A DNA stretch of 64,000 nt, from positions 2,240,001 to 2,304,000 of the forward strand of contig OZ242351.1 in assembly GCA_965208675.1 (NCBI GenBank), in the 5' to 3' direction. Positions 8,742 to 18,988 of this stretch are shown here, one piece after another. Made by a program: the position numbers and the translations under genes. The notes beneath the pieces are model-generated. The model ran no database searches and was not told where the DNA came from. It worked only from the letters and a program-made list of their open reading frames with translations. This DNA comes from Candidatus Poribacteria bacterium. GTDB lineage: Bacteria > Poribacteria > WGA-4E > PCPOR2b. How positions within the stretch are numbered: the first letter of the stretch is position 1; the number at the start of each line of letters is the position of its first letter.

Positions 8742-10232
8742 ATGTTGAGAACCAGCCTTGTCTTCTTCGCCATAGCGTTGATTGCTGTCCTACTGGCAGA
8801 CCTTGAAATCTCCACACTTCACCCCTGGACCGAACTGGGCCAACTTGCTTGGGGGGCAATCACTCCGGATATTCCTGCCCTGTGGGGTTTTAAATCTGCA
8901 GTGCTCAACACAGTAATCTTTGCTGTCTGCGGTACGTTTCTTGCGGTTGTGCTCGGCATCGGATTAGCCTTCGTTTTTCGTTTTATGGCTGTCAGGTTGT
9001 TCTGCGCTTTCATCCGCGCCATTCACGAGATATTCTGGGCATTTATCTTTCTGCCTATTGTTGGCTTAAATTCAACCTGCGGCGTGCTCGCCATTGCGAT
9101 TCCTTATGCGGGCATCTTTGCCAAGGTATATGCGGAGATTATTCAGGAATCGGATCGGGGCCCGCTTGAAGGCGTTCCTAAAGGGGCTGCGGGTTTGAGC
9201 CGTTTTGTTTACGGTATTCTCCCGGTCATCTATGCCGACACCAAACACTACACCAGCTACCGTTTCGAGTGCGCCCTGCGTTCTAGCGCTATTCTCGGAT
9301 TCATCGGACTGCCGACGCTCGGATTCCATCTTGAGACTGCGTTTCGAGAAGGTTTGTACTCGGAGGCGTGGGCACTGCTCTACGCCTTCTACATCTTGAT
9401 TGCCTCGCTCAGGTACTGGGTCAAGCCGCGTCTTGCCGCACTTTACATTGCAACGTCGTTCGTGTTGTTGTCGAAGACAATCAACGTGTCATGGGAGAAC
9501 ATCGTCCGCTTTTTCACCTATGACATCCTGCCGTGGCCAATGCGCCGGGATGGTATCCACGACGGATCACACGACGTTTCGTTTGTGTGGGAATCAATTC
9601 CTGGCTGGGCGCACAAAATTTTCGTTCAGGAGGCTTGGGAAGGAATAGGGAACACCGTAATATTGACCCAAATTGTGTTGGTTGGGACAGGCGTATTTGC
9701 GCTATTGAGTTTTCCATTCGCGTGCCGGCACTTCTCGGGGAAAATCGTCAATCGGATCTCGCACTTCGGGCTGGTTGTCATCCGCACGACTCCGGAGTAC
9801 ATGCTCGCGTATATCCTTGTACAGCTCTGGGGACCGTCAATGCTCCCGGCTGTTTGGGCGATTCTTCTGCACAACGGAGCAATTCTTGCGTTCCTGACTA
9901 GCAACAACGCCGATTTGGTCTCTCCCAGAATAGATACGCCCCATAGACGGATAGACCGGTATTTGTTCGAATTCTTGCCGCGCGTATACGGCCAATTCCT
10001 CGCGTTCCTGTTTTACCGATGGGAGGTGATGATGCGGGAGTCCGCCATTCTTGGGATTCTCGGCATATACACGCTTGGATTCTACATTGAGAGCGCAATT
10101 TCCGATGATCAGATTGATAAAGTAGTTCTGCTGATACTCATCACGGCGCTGCTCAACATGGGTATCGATTCCGTGTCACAGTTTGTACGTCGGCGCCTTA
10201 AGATTTCTACGAAACTAGTCACGTCTTCGTAA
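8742..10232 (+). CDS. PhnE/PtxC-family ABC permease (two fused permease domains)
   Basis: Duplicated motifs RAIHEIFWA/RTTPEYML and YRFECALRSSAILGFIG/YRWEVMMRESAILGILG. Confidence 0.88.
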   Translation: MLRTSLVFFAIALIAVLLADLEISTLHPWTELGQLAWGAITPDIPALWGFKSAVLNTVIFAVCGTFLAVVLGIGLAFVFRFMAVRLFCAFIRAIHEIFWAFIFLPIVGLNSTCGVLAIAIPYAGIFAKVYAEIIQESDRGPLEGVPKGAAGLSRFVYGILPVIYADTKHYTSYRFECALRSSAILGFIGLPTLGFHLETAFREGLYSEAWALLYAFYILIASLRYWVKPRLAALYIATSFVLLSKTINVSWENIVRFFTYDILPWPMRRDGIHDGSHDVSFVWESIPGWAHKIFVQEAWEGIGNTVILTQIVLVGTGVFALLSFPFACRHFSGKIVNRISHFGLVVIRTTPEYMLAYILVQLWGPSMLPAVWAILLHNGAILAFLTSNNADLVSPRIDTPHRRIDRYLFEFLPRVYGQFLAFLFYRWEVMMRESAILGILGIYTLGFYIESAISDDQIDKVVLLILITALLNMGIDSVSQFVRRRLKISTKLVTSS

Positions 10233-10411
10233 GAGGACTACCTACGGCTTGTCAATAACAACGAACCATTTCGCATTAATTTTCGTTATCGTGTTCGATG
10301 GTAACGATTTCCCTGTTACAGGATTTCAGATATTCTTCGCGGTATTTCACAATAATGGTGTACATCGCATAACCACTTAACTGGCTTACAATGAAAGGAG
10401 AATCGACTTAA

Positions 10412-11104
10412 ATGACTGAGAAGGAAGTGCTCGAAGAACTAGAGTCGCTCGGCACAGCGCAGAACCGAAAAATCTATAAACGCCACGGCGCCGATGAGAC
10501 GGTCTACGGCGTCAGTTTTGCAAATTTGAGGAAGATGCACAAACGGATTAAGGTCGACCATGCGTTGGCGTTAAAGCTCTGGGAAACGGGCCAGCTTGAA
10601 GCCCGCCTCATCGCCTCCATGATTGCTGACCCAAAGTTGACGGATGAGGCTCTGCTTGACGCTTGGGCGAGAGACTTGAACAGTGGTATGGTAGCCGGTG
10701 AATTCGTAGAACACGTCAGCAAAACACCATTTACCCGCGCCAAAATGAAGCAGTGGTGTGACTCGGAGGGGGAATGGACTGGGCGTGCAGGCTGGCAACT
10801 TCTTGCCCATCTTGCAATGAAAGACGAAGAATTGTCCGACGAATATTTTGAAAACTATCTTCACATCATCGGGGAAGAAATTCACTTGCGGAAAAACATG
10901 GTGAGGGACGCCATGAATTCAACGCTCATCGCCATTGGGATTCGCAACAGCAAATTGGAGAAACAGGCGCTTGCAGTTGCTGCGAAAATCGGGAAGGTAG
11001 ATGTCGATCACGGGGAAACGAGTTGCAAGACGCCTGACGCCGCCGAATACATCCGTAAAACCCTCAATCGCAGGCGGCAGAAGAAGAAGAAATCAGCAGC
11101 TTAA
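10412..11104 (+). CDS. DNA alkylation repair protein (AlkD-like HEAT fold)
   Basis: YGVSFANLRK...IK.DH.LA..LW.TG, MN..LIAIG, VDHGETSCKTPDA. Confidence 0.8.
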   Translation: MTEKEVLEELESLGTAQNRKIYKRHGADETVYGVSFANLRKMHKRIKVDHALALKLWETGQLEARLIASMIADPKLTDEALLDAWARDLNSGMVAGEFVEHVSKTPFTRAKMKQWCDSEGEWTGRAGWQLLAHLAMKDEELSDEYFENYLHIIGEEIHLRKNMVRDAMNSTLIAIGIRNSKLEKQALAVAAKIGKVDVDHGETSCKTPDAAEYIRKTLNRRRQKKKKSAA

Positions 11105-11419
11105 CCGCTGTTTAAGACGGCTCAAAATTGGAATAATGGAGCGGCACACAAAACGAATGTGCGGTATGAACCGTTTGCATTTACGGATTTGCGCCGTGCC
11201 AAATGCGTGGATTCTATCATTTCGTGGAGTCAACGCCCTCCGATTTGAAAATGTGCCACCCAAATACAGTGCTTGCCGGCTGAAAAACACGCTAAAATGA
11301 TTAATTTCATTGCGCCATGAGACATCACCAAGGATTCATGGCTCGTTTTTATATTTTGACTACATTTTATGATATTTTAAATGATTGTGGTGAATATGTA
11401 TGAATATTTGCATTATGAC

Positions 11420-11448
11420 TTGACATACATTTATAACTATGTTATATT
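11420..11448 (+). promoter_or_regulatory. Sigma70-type promoter
   Basis: TTGACA-17 nt-TATATT with extended -10 TG in AT-rich intergenic DNA. Confidence 0.7.
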
Positions 11449-11541
11449 CTATTTGCAGCAACCGATTGATTCAATCATCACATCAACCTCTAGGATGAAA
11501 TTTATCTTGCGAATGATACCGGAAAAATGCACATACAGTTA

Positions 11542-11617
11542 TTTGCCGTCCCTTTTGGGATTGGAAGGCAATAAAATTAAGGGCGCACCCTTACGATCGC
11601 AGGTGTCGGACGGCAAA
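11542..11617 (+). ncRNA. Candidate multibranch cis-regulatory RNA in the leader of the 11648 operon
   Basis: 10-bp closing stem tttgccgtcc/ggacggcaaa enclosing taaggg-cgca-ccctta and a weaker ctttt/ggaag hairpin. Confidence 0.35.
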
Positions 11618-11647
11618 ACAAAAAATGAAGAATTAGAGGAGTTCTAA

Positions 11648-11884
11648 ATGACAGAGATGATCTTGATGCTAGTAATTGTATTTGGAAGTATTATGGTTAC
11701 AACGCTTGGCTGTGTCTGGATGGGCACGTCTTACTCTTCAAAGAAACGGGGTTATATAACGGGCGCGTCCGAACGCGAGATAAAGCAACTACATGAACAA
11801 GTGGTGCAAATTCAGCAAGATGTCAGGTTTCTACAAAAAGAGGTGAAATCGCTCATCAAGATCGCAAAAGGCATTATAGAGTAA
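11648..11884 (+). CDS. Small membrane protein with C-terminal coiled coil
   Basis: N-terminal TM, heptad-rich C-terminus, RBS gaggag; paralogous to the next gene. Confidence 0.7.
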   Translation: MTEMILMLVIVFGSIMVTTLGCVWMGTSYSSKKRGYITGASEREIKQLHEQVVQIQQDVRFLQKEVKSLIKIAKGIIE

Positions 11885-11898
11885 GGGAGGGATGTTGA

Positions 11899-12240
11899 AT
11901 GGCACTAGTGCTTCTACTACTTTTTCTAGGGTTGATGCTCTTTTTCCTCATCAAATTTTCAGTGATTATTGCGGCGATGGCAGCGATAGTTTTGGGGAGC
12001 ATAACGGTTACGGTGCTTGCAATTGTCTGGTTGGCAACATCGCGTTCGCTTAAAAGAGCGGGAAAATTCCCGTACAGCGGACAAATGACCTATCAACAAA
12101 TACAAGCAGATTTAAGTCAGATTTCTGAGGATTTGAACGGCATTCGCTGGCAGTTGCAAGACATCGCCCCGCGATTGCATGATATGGAATTTTTGAAGTA
12201 TGCGCGGCGAGAGGACACTGATCAAGGTACTCCTCAATAG
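11899..12240 (+). CDS. Small membrane protein with coiled coil, paralog of 11648
   Basis: IVLGSITVTVLAIVWLATS matches IVFGSIMVTTLGCVWMGTS; RBS gggagg. Confidence 0.7.
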   Translation: MALVLLLLFLGLMLFFLIKFSVIIAAMAAIVLGSITVTVLAIVWLATSRSLKRAGKFPYSGQMTYQQIQADLSQISEDLNGIRWQLQDIAPRLHDMEFLKYARREDTDQGTPQ

Positions 12241-12400
12241 ACATGTCTACTGGGGTTGTAGATTTCTGATTGCCTAGAAACTGCGGCAAACAACAATCAC
12301 TAAAAACTTAACTAAAATCGTGGTAGGGATTTGCACAACAAAGGTGGACTATTGGATAAACCCACACAATAAATCGGAATCCGCACGAACAGATTTGCCG

Positions 12401-12586
12401 CTAAGATTGGCGTTTTTCTAGCGTCCTTCCGACAAAGAATATGAGTATGCCTAAAACCAACGAACCCATCTCGGCGCCCATCGCTTTGCCTTCGCTTAGT
12501 CCATGTGGATTGACACAACCAATATACAAACCTGCCCCGAGTAATGCCATGCCGATTAGTTCTAGCGTTTTGCCGAGATAAAACAC
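12401..12586 (-). CDS. Small two-TM hypothetical protein
   Basis: GTG start after ggagg; two hydrophobic helices. Confidence 0.6.
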   Translation of the reverse strand: MFYLGKTLELIGMALLGAGLYIGCVNPHGLSEGKAMGAEMGSLVLGILIFFVGRTLEKRQS

Positions 12587-12639
12587 GGTGCCTCCGGGGA
12601 CAAATGAAACATCAAGAATCGGCAATCTCATGCACGGGT

Positions 12640-13350
12640 TTAGTAAAGACTTTTGATGCTGCCCCACTGCATAGCCTTCAGGTTGGCGTCTAGCTTTAGC
12701 TTGGAAGTGAACACCAAATCCGCGAGTGTGTTATCTTCAGTGGACGCGATTGGCGCCCAGCGAATTTTATGATTCAGACGCCCGCCGTCCACGTCGTTAT
12801 ATAAGATGCCAAATCCGATCGCATCATCCTTTTTCGGGGACTGCCCTAAGTTAACACTCAATTCGCAGGATTGTCCATCATCACCCCAAGCTACCATAAT
12901 GATGGGTGAGTTAGGGTCCGGGTTGTGCTCACCAGCACGAAGTGTATGATGAAAAAGGTTGCTTTGGTACCCTGTATGATCTATATCAAGATATATTTCT
13001 AGATGGTCTTGGCGAGAGAGTTTTTCCTCGTGGGTTTCGACTAGATCGTCAGTCAACTTGATTGCGATGTAAAGGAAACTATTACGCCACACAGCGACAA
13101 AGGTGCCTGTGAAGTCATCTGAGTGCTGGTTCCAGCGTTTATTTTCAATCGTATCCCACTCCAAATTTCCTAATTCTGCTGCTTCCCAGGCTGGGTCGTC
13201 GAGGAACCCATCGACCAAAGGAGCAACCTCTGCTAAATTGGCTCTATATTGAAAAGGAAATCCGGTGTCTGGATCGACGATATGGGCAAAGCCGCTACTC
13301 GCTATAGTAAGCATGAGCAAAACCGTGAAATGCTGTTTCCAATTTCTCAT
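12640..13350 (-). CDS. Secreted CBM9/DOMON-like sugar-binding protein with C-terminal KAMQWGSIK motif
   Basis: Signal peptide from ATG 13350; P.VDGFLDDPAW, LYIAIKLTDD, DHLEIYLD, IGFGILYNDVD. Confidence 0.75.
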   Translation of the reverse strand: MRNWKQHFTVLLMLTIASSGFAHIVDPDTGFPFQYRANLAEVAPLVDGFLDDPAWEAAELGNLEWDTIENKRWNQHSDDFTGTFVAVWRNSFLYIAIKLTDDLVETHEEKLSRQDHLEIYLDIDHTGYQSNLFHHTLRAGEHNPDPNSPIIMVAWGDDGQSCELSVNLGQSPKKDDAIGFGILYNDVDGGRLNHKIRWAPIASTEDNTLADLVFTSKLKLDANLKAMQWGSIKSLY

Positions 13351-13634
13351 ACCTTCTTCCCTTTCTCTGCAATCAAATTGGAGATTCAATAAGTTTAGTA
13401 TACTGTCAAATGAGTGGGCTGTCAAGGCAAAATAAATCGATTTATTTTAGGCGAGGCTGGATCGCACACGGGCCATACGTGCGCGCTTTATTCCTTCTCG
13501 AATCTTACCGCGCCGAAGGAAACACGCCTTCTTCAAATTGTCCGGTGCATTGCCGGCACATGTAGTGTAAAATCGGTAATCGTTATTATGAATATCCTGA
13601 ATCAAAGGCGCGTTGAATTTAGATTATTACAATC

Positions 13635-15281
13635 TCAAATTGCATGGGCGATATTTCCCAATCGTTCAGTAAGCAGCGCGTTTTCGCCATAGTCTATTGG
13701 AACGACGACGAGGCACGGCCGATCAGCGGTAAATGCCTGCTCTAAAGCAGGGGCGACGTCACGCGCATTCTCCACTTGGATTCCTTTCCAGTCGAAAGCT
13801 TCAGCCAACTTAACGAAGTCGGGATTGTCGAAGGACAAATCTGTATTATGATCGAATTCGTTCCGCTGTTTCCATTCAATAAGTCCATATCCGCGGTCTT
13901 CCCAAATCATCACGACGATATTGGTCCCAATTCGCCTTGCAGTTTCTAAATCTTGTACATTCATAAGAAATCCGCCGTCGCCGCAAATTGCCAGCACACG
14001 TTTGTCTGGATTAACCAACTTTGCGGCAATGGCTCCCGGCAAGGCAAATCCCATGGAGCAGAAGCCGTTGGAGATTAAGCAGGTATTTGGTTCGTCACAG
14101 TGATAATAGCGGGCAATCCACATCTTGTGCGCACCGACATCGCTCAAAAGTATATCTGTAGCGCCCAGCACTTTTCGCACATCCCAAAGCACTTTTTGCG
14201 GACGGATACTGCCTTGTGTGTCATCATCCTTGTGTTCAGCGAAATCGGTCAGCATTGCGTCTCGAATCGGTTTGTATTCATTCACCTCATAGCGAATCGG
14301 CTGCTGTTTGATACGCTCATTGAGCATCCAAAGGGTGTGCCCAAGGTCGCCAACAACCTCTACATCTATACGATAATTTTCATCCACTTCGGCTGGAAGA
14401 AAGTCGATATGGACGATTCGTTTATCTGCCTTTGGGTTCCAAAGCCGCGGGTGGTATTCTACCAAATCGTATCCGAGTGTGATGACGAGGTCAGCGGCAT
14501 CTATGGCTAAAGCCACGACATCCTTAGCTTGTAACCCTATTGTAAAGAGGTAGTTCGGCGCGTGGCGAGAGATGCACCCTTTGCCCATGAATGTGCTGAT
14601 TACGCCGATGCCTGTTGCGTCAGCGAATTGGCGCAGTTGCGTGCTTGCTCGTTTGCGAATGGTGCCGTTACCTGCAAGGATTACCGGATTTTTCGCACTA
14701 CGAATTAAATCCATCGCCTGATTCACAATCTTGTCATCTGGCACTGGGCGGCGCATCCGCTTACTGGGGATAGGTTGGTTTTCAACGGGTAACTTGGCGA
14801 TATCTTCGGCAAGTTCAATATGGCACGCCCCGGGTTTTTCGGTCATTGCCACCTTGAACGCTTTGCGGACAACTTCCGGAATGTTCCCAGGGTGAATTAT
14901 CGGCATTGCCCACTTCGTGACGGGCTTAAACATCCCGACGACATCCATGTTTTGGTGGCTCTCTTTGTGCTGCCTTCGGCTGTCAGCCTGCCCCGTAATA
15001 ACGACAAGCGGGGCGCGGTCCATGTTGGCATCAGCCACGCCCGTTATAAGATTTGAAGCGCCGGGCCCCAACGTGCCGAGACAGACAGCCGCCTGACCGG
15101 TCAGTCTTCCGTGCACGTCTGCCATGAAGGCGGCGGCTTGTTCGTGCCGCGTAAGGATGAACTCAATGGGTGAATGCTCTAGCGACATCATAAACTCGGC
15201 ATTTTCTTCACCCGGCACCCCGAATATATACTTAACGCCCTCGGCTTCGAGGCACTGTATAAACAGATCAGCAGCTTTCAT
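13635..15281 (-). CDS. Acetolactate synthase large subunit (TPP enzyme)
   Basis: FGVPGEEN, RHEQAAAFMA, TLGPGASN, SMGFALPGAIAA, GDGGFLMN. Confidence 0.92.
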   Translation of the reverse strand: MKAADLFIQCLEAEGVKYIFGVPGEENAEFMMSLEHSPIEFILTRHEQAAAFMADVHGRLTGQAAVCLGTLGPGASNLITGVADANMDRAPLVVITGQADSRRQHKESHQNMDVVGMFKPVTKWAMPIIHPGNIPEVVRKAFKVAMTEKPGACHIELAEDIAKLPVENQPIPSKRMRRPVPDDKIVNQAMDLIRSAKNPVILAGNGTIRKRASTQLRQFADATGIGVISTFMGKGCISRHAPNYLFTIGLQAKDVVALAIDAADLVITLGYDLVEYHPRLWNPKADKRIVHIDFLPAEVDENYRIDVEVVGDLGHTLWMLNERIKQQPIRYEVNEYKPIRDAMLTDFAEHKDDDTQGSIRPQKVLWDVRKVLGATDILLSDVGAHKMWIARYYHCDEPNTCLISNGFCSMGFALPGAIAAKLVNPDKRVLAICGDGGFLMNVQDLETARRIGTNIVVMIWEDRGYGLIEWKQRNEFDHNTDLSFDNPDFVKLAEAFDWKGIQVENARDVAPALEQAFTADRPCLVVVPIDYGENALLTERLGNIAHAI

Positions 15282-15498
15282 ATTGGTAACTCCTCCTAGT
15301 TCATTGTCGAAAAGCGAATACGTCGTCCGTTAATATTTGAAGATAATTCCAATTATTCACGCCTCCCCAATATTCGTTGATTCGTGTGAGCATTTTTATG
15401 ATGGATATTATATAATATAATCCTAATATTGCGTACAAATTCACGCTTCTAGCGTAACAAATACGATGCAGAAGCCGAATTTCGGGAGGGGGCAGAGC

Positions 15499-16605
15499 TT
15501 GAGTGTCAGCCATGCGGATGTTATAATTATTGGCGGTGGTGTCATCGGTTGTGCAGTTGCTTATAACCTCGCCAAATCTCAGGTAAAGCCGCTTGTAATC
15601 GATAAAGCCGGCGGAGTGGGCCGGGAAGCTTCACGGGCGGGTGCAGGCATATTGGCTTCCCATGCTTCAACCCAAGAACCGTATGCGGAATTGTGCCGTG
15701 CAAGCCTCGCGCTTTATCCGCCGTTGGCAGAAGAGTTAAAAGCCGAGACACAGATTGACATTGAGTTTATCCAATCCGGCTCAATCGCCGTATATTCGAC
15801 TGACGCTGAAAAAAATGGCTTGATAAGTCTGGCAAAACGGCGCATCGAGCGCGGCTTTTCTGCTGAAGTGTTGACTGCCGCACAGGTGTTGGAACTCGAA
15901 CCCGCCGTCTCAAGAGAAGTGATTGGCGGGGTTCGCTTCCCCCACGATTCGCAGGTCAGAAGTGTCAAACTCTCCAAAGCGCTCGCGAACGGGGCAGCAC
16001 AACTGGGGGCGCAGTTTTTGTTCGGCAACCCAGTCACCGCAATTTTACGGAAGGCAGAACGCGCCGTTGGAGTTGAGGTAAACGGCGAGGCGCACTACGG
16101 CGAAACAATCGTAATTGCCGCGGGGTGCTGGTCGGGAAAGATGGCTGCGTTCCTCGACTACTCCCTGCCGATCGAGCCAGTACGCGGGCAAATGGTGTTG
16201 ACTGAAACCATGCCGCCGCTCTTTCGGCACATCATTGACGGATACGGCGTTTACCTCGTCCCTCGATCAGATGGGAAAATCCTGATTGGCGCCACGGTTG
16301 AATTTGCCGGATTCGACAACCGAACAACGTTGGGAGGCATACACGGGCTGATTAAAGCCGGTACCACATTGATGCCAGCGCTCGCCGAAAAGCCGTTCGT
16401 ACAAGCATGGTCTGGATTGCGCCCATATTCAAGGGGAGGACCTTATATTGGGAAACTGCCCGGGTACGAAAACGTAATCGTCGCATCAGGACATTACAAA
16501 AATGGCATTCTCCTCGCGCCGATTACGGGAAAATTAATCGGTGAACTTATAACAACAGGGCGTCCTTCAATGTCGCTTGAGCCTTTTCGCCTCGGTAAAA
16601 CGTGA
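15499..16605 (+). CDS. thiO: Glycine oxidase ThiO-like FAD oxidoreductase
   Basis: IIGGGVIG, ASRAGAGIL, PVRGQM, WSGLRP, GHYKNGILLAP; TTG start after ggagggg. Confidence 0.8.
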   Translation: MSVSHADVIIIGGGVIGCAVAYNLAKSQVKPLVIDKAGGVGREASRAGAGILASHASTQEPYAELCRASLALYPPLAEELKAETQIDIEFIQSGSIAVYSTDAEKNGLISLAKRRIERGFSAEVLTAAQVLELEPAVSREVIGGVRFPHDSQVRSVKLSKALANGAAQLGAQFLFGNPVTAILRKAERAVGVEVNGEAHYGETIVIAAGCWSGKMAAFLDYSLPIEPVRGQMVLTETMPPLFRHIIDGYGVYLVPRSDGKILIGATVEFAGFDNRTTLGGIHGLIKAGTTLMPALAEKPFVQAWSGLRPYSRGGPYIGKLPGYENVIVASGHYKNGILLAPITGKLIGELITTGRPSMSLEPFRLGKT

Positions 16606-16756
16606 AAGATATGTCAATAATCTAAAGTAGCGTCCTGGCGGGAAAGGTTGAGCTGTTCTATTTCGCCGATCATCACGACTAAAAAATGAGGCAATAAACC
16701 GGGGTAGATTTTCTCATCGTACCGCATCGATTTAGAAAGTCTCTCTAAGTGTGAAC

Positions 16757-17794
16757 ATGATACAACACAAGGCTCCGTTAACAGTAGCAGCGTTTGAAAT
16801 TGCCGCAATCCTGTTGCTTCTGTCTTCTGTGACACCAATCTCCATTGGCTGTGATGACAACAAAGCGCCAGATAAAATCGGCGTCAGCGTGCCAACGGCG
16901 AAAACACCGGTTAATGTGCTCATGAAAAAGGCGATGATTGAGCATGAACAGGAGTACGGGGTCGAGATATTTTGGAATGAGGTGCGGCATGAAGGGCCGC
17001 AACAGGATGCCGTCGTATTGGAAAGGCGTCAGATTAAAGACATGTTTGAAGCCGGGATTCAGGCACTAATCTTGAATACCGTCGACGGGAGTGCCGCATA
17101 TCCAATTTTATTAGAGGCGCGCCGCTGGGGTGTGCCTGTTATATCCTTAGATAAGATGTTGGTCAGTATGCCGGTGCGAGGCCATATCGCCGTGAATGAG
17201 GTGAGGCTGGGAGAAGAAGCTGCGAAATACGCCGTTTCGCAGATTGGGCATAAGGGAAACGTCCTACTTTTGGAAGGTTCTGCCGGATCTGAATCTCTGC
17301 GGAACATCGCAATAGGGGTATACCGAGTTTTAGACAAATATCCTGAGGCGATTCATGTTTTTGCAAGACCATCCGCCCTCACTGCGGAGGCAGCATTCGA
17401 TTATACCAATCAGATGCTGAAGAACTACGCGGGAAATATCCAAGCAATTATTGCAGTTGACAGCACACTGGCAGTCGGTGCAGTTCGCGGTGTTCAGTTG
17501 CACGAGCTTGTAGATAGAATAATCACTATCGGGGTTGGGGCGGGAAAGGAAGCGTGTCGCCAAATCATGTCCAAACAACACGACGCAGAAGTCGATCTGA
17601 TGCCTTATGAACGAGGACTTACCGCGTTCAAAGCTGCTATCAATGCCTTGAGGAATCAATCATTCGTGTATGATACCGAATTGCCCAATGGTGAGACTTT
17701 AACCAAAACGAAATTTGGTCCTGTTCGCCTCATCACCTCTGCGAATTTTGGCGTACTCAAGCAGATGTGGCCAGATTTGTTCATCCCAAAATGA
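16757..17794 (+). CDS. Sugar ABC transporter substrate-binding lipoprotein (RbsB-like)
   Basis: Lipobox SIGC; GIQALIL, GVPVISLD, G.EAAKY, periplasmic binding protein type 1 pattern. Confidence 0.8.
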   Translation: MIQHKAPLTVAAFEIAAILLLLSSVTPISIGCDDNKAPDKIGVSVPTAKTPVNVLMKKAMIEHEQEYGVEIFWNEVRHEGPQQDAVVLERRQIKDMFEAGIQALILNTVDGSAAYPILLEARRWGVPVISLDKMLVSMPVRGHIAVNEVRLGEEAAKYAVSQIGHKGNVLLLEGSAGSESLRNIAIGVYRVLDKYPEAIHVFARPSALTAEAAFDYTNQMLKNYAGNIQAIIAVDSTLAVGAVRGVQLHELVDRIITIGVGAGKEACRQIMSKQHDAEVDLMPYERGLTAFKAAINALRNQSFVYDTELPNGETLTKTKFGPVRLITSANFGVLKQMWPDLFIPK

Positions 17795-17831
17795 GCGAAC
17801 ACGTTGACAGATTAGGGTAGAGAATCCTATA

Positions 17832-18374
17832 ATGCCTAAACTAGCCACGGTATTAACTTTCGGCTTTATCTTTTACGGTTCCGTAGCGGCAAACACAACG
17901 GAGACTAACAAACCGCTTGAGGTCGGCGGCAAAGCACCAGAATTTGTGCTGCAAGACGCAGCTGATCGAACACATTCGTTGAAAAAGCTGCGCGGTAAGG
18001 TGGTCGTTATAATCCTCGGAAATCGTAAGATACAAAAAGAAGATGACAAATGGGCTTTTGCTATTCAGAAGGATTATCAAGAAAACAGCCGTATCGCAAC
18101 GTTTATCATCGCTGATATGCGGAGCGTCCCGCGGTTCGTACCGAAAGCGCTCATTAAGCGGCAACTCAAGAAAAACAAACCGCCCGTAACACTGTTGCTC
18201 GATTGGAAAGGCGAGACCCATAAAGCCTACCGGACGCAAAAAGAGATGCCGAACCTGTATGTTGTAAATCCTGACGGTAAGATAGCATTTCACATCAAAT
18301 CGAATTTCAGTGACGAGAAATTCGAAAAACTGAAAGCTGTCACTGAGAAAGAAATTGCCAAAATTAAGTCATGA
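17832..18374 (+). CDS. Secreted thioredoxin-fold (redoxin/YtfJ-like) protein lacking Cys
   Basis: VGGKAPEFVLQD..HSL..LRGKVVVI, LLLDW.G, LYVVNPDGKI. Confidence 0.7.
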   Translation: MPKLATVLTFGFIFYGSVAANTTETNKPLEVGGKAPEFVLQDAADRTHSLKKLRGKVVVIILGNRKIQKEDDKWAFAIQKDYQENSRIATFIIADMRSVPRFVPKALIKRQLKKNKPPVTLLLDWKGETHKAYRTQKEMPNLYVVNPDGKIAFHIKSNFSDEKFEKLKAVTEKEIAKIKS

Positions 18375-18385
18375 AAGGAAATTGT

Positions 18386-18928
18386 ATGACAACAAAGGCG
18401 TTATCATCAGAAAGCCCCTTGGTCAGCATTGTCATGGGAAGCGATTCAGATCTTGCGTGCATGGCTGAGGCTGCAAAGATTCTAGAAGAATTTGAAGTTC
18501 CGTTTGAGATTACGGTTTCGTCAGCCCACAGATCGCCGGAACGGACGATTGAGTATACCGTAGATGCTCCCGATCGAGGAATTCATGTGATTATCGCGGG
18601 CGCAGGACGTGCCGCCCATCTTGCCGGCGTCATTGCAGCACATACAACGCTTCCGGTGATTGGCGTTCCGGTGGATGGAGGGCCGCTTAACGGGGTTGAT
18701 GCGCTCTACGCAACCGTACAGATGCCGCCCGGCATTCCGGTGGCAACGGTTGCAATCGGATCTAGCGGTGCGCGAAACGCGGGCATACTCGCCGTCCAGA
18801 TTCTCGCACTAAAATTCCCGGAACTTGACGATAAACTCAAAGCCTACAAAGCCAAACTTAGCGAAGGTGTGGCAAAGAAAGCCGCGCGGTTATCGGAAGT
18901 CGGGTATCGTGAGTATTTAACAAAATAA
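18386..18928 (+). CDS. purE: N5-CAIR mutase
   Basis: IVMGSDSD, SAHRSP, AGAGRAAHLAG, VQMPPGIPVATV. Confidence 0.96.
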   Translation: MTTKALSSESPLVSIVMGSDSDLACMAEAAKILEEFEVPFEITVSSAHRSPERTIEYTVDAPDRGIHVIIAGAGRAAHLAGVIAAHTTLPVIGVPVDGGPLNGVDALYATVQMPPGIPVATVAIGSSGARNAGILAVQILALKFPELDDKLKAYKAKLSEGVAKKAARLSEVGYREYLTK

Positions 18929-18988
18929 CATTCATGCGCATTTCGTTATTTTTCAGGTTTTTTCAAATTCTGAATCAATTCATCAAAC

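Noticed and set aside
11381-11647. 88-aa ORF upstream of the membrane-protein pair
   Set aside because: It overlaps an AT-rich promoter and folded leader and is probably spurious.
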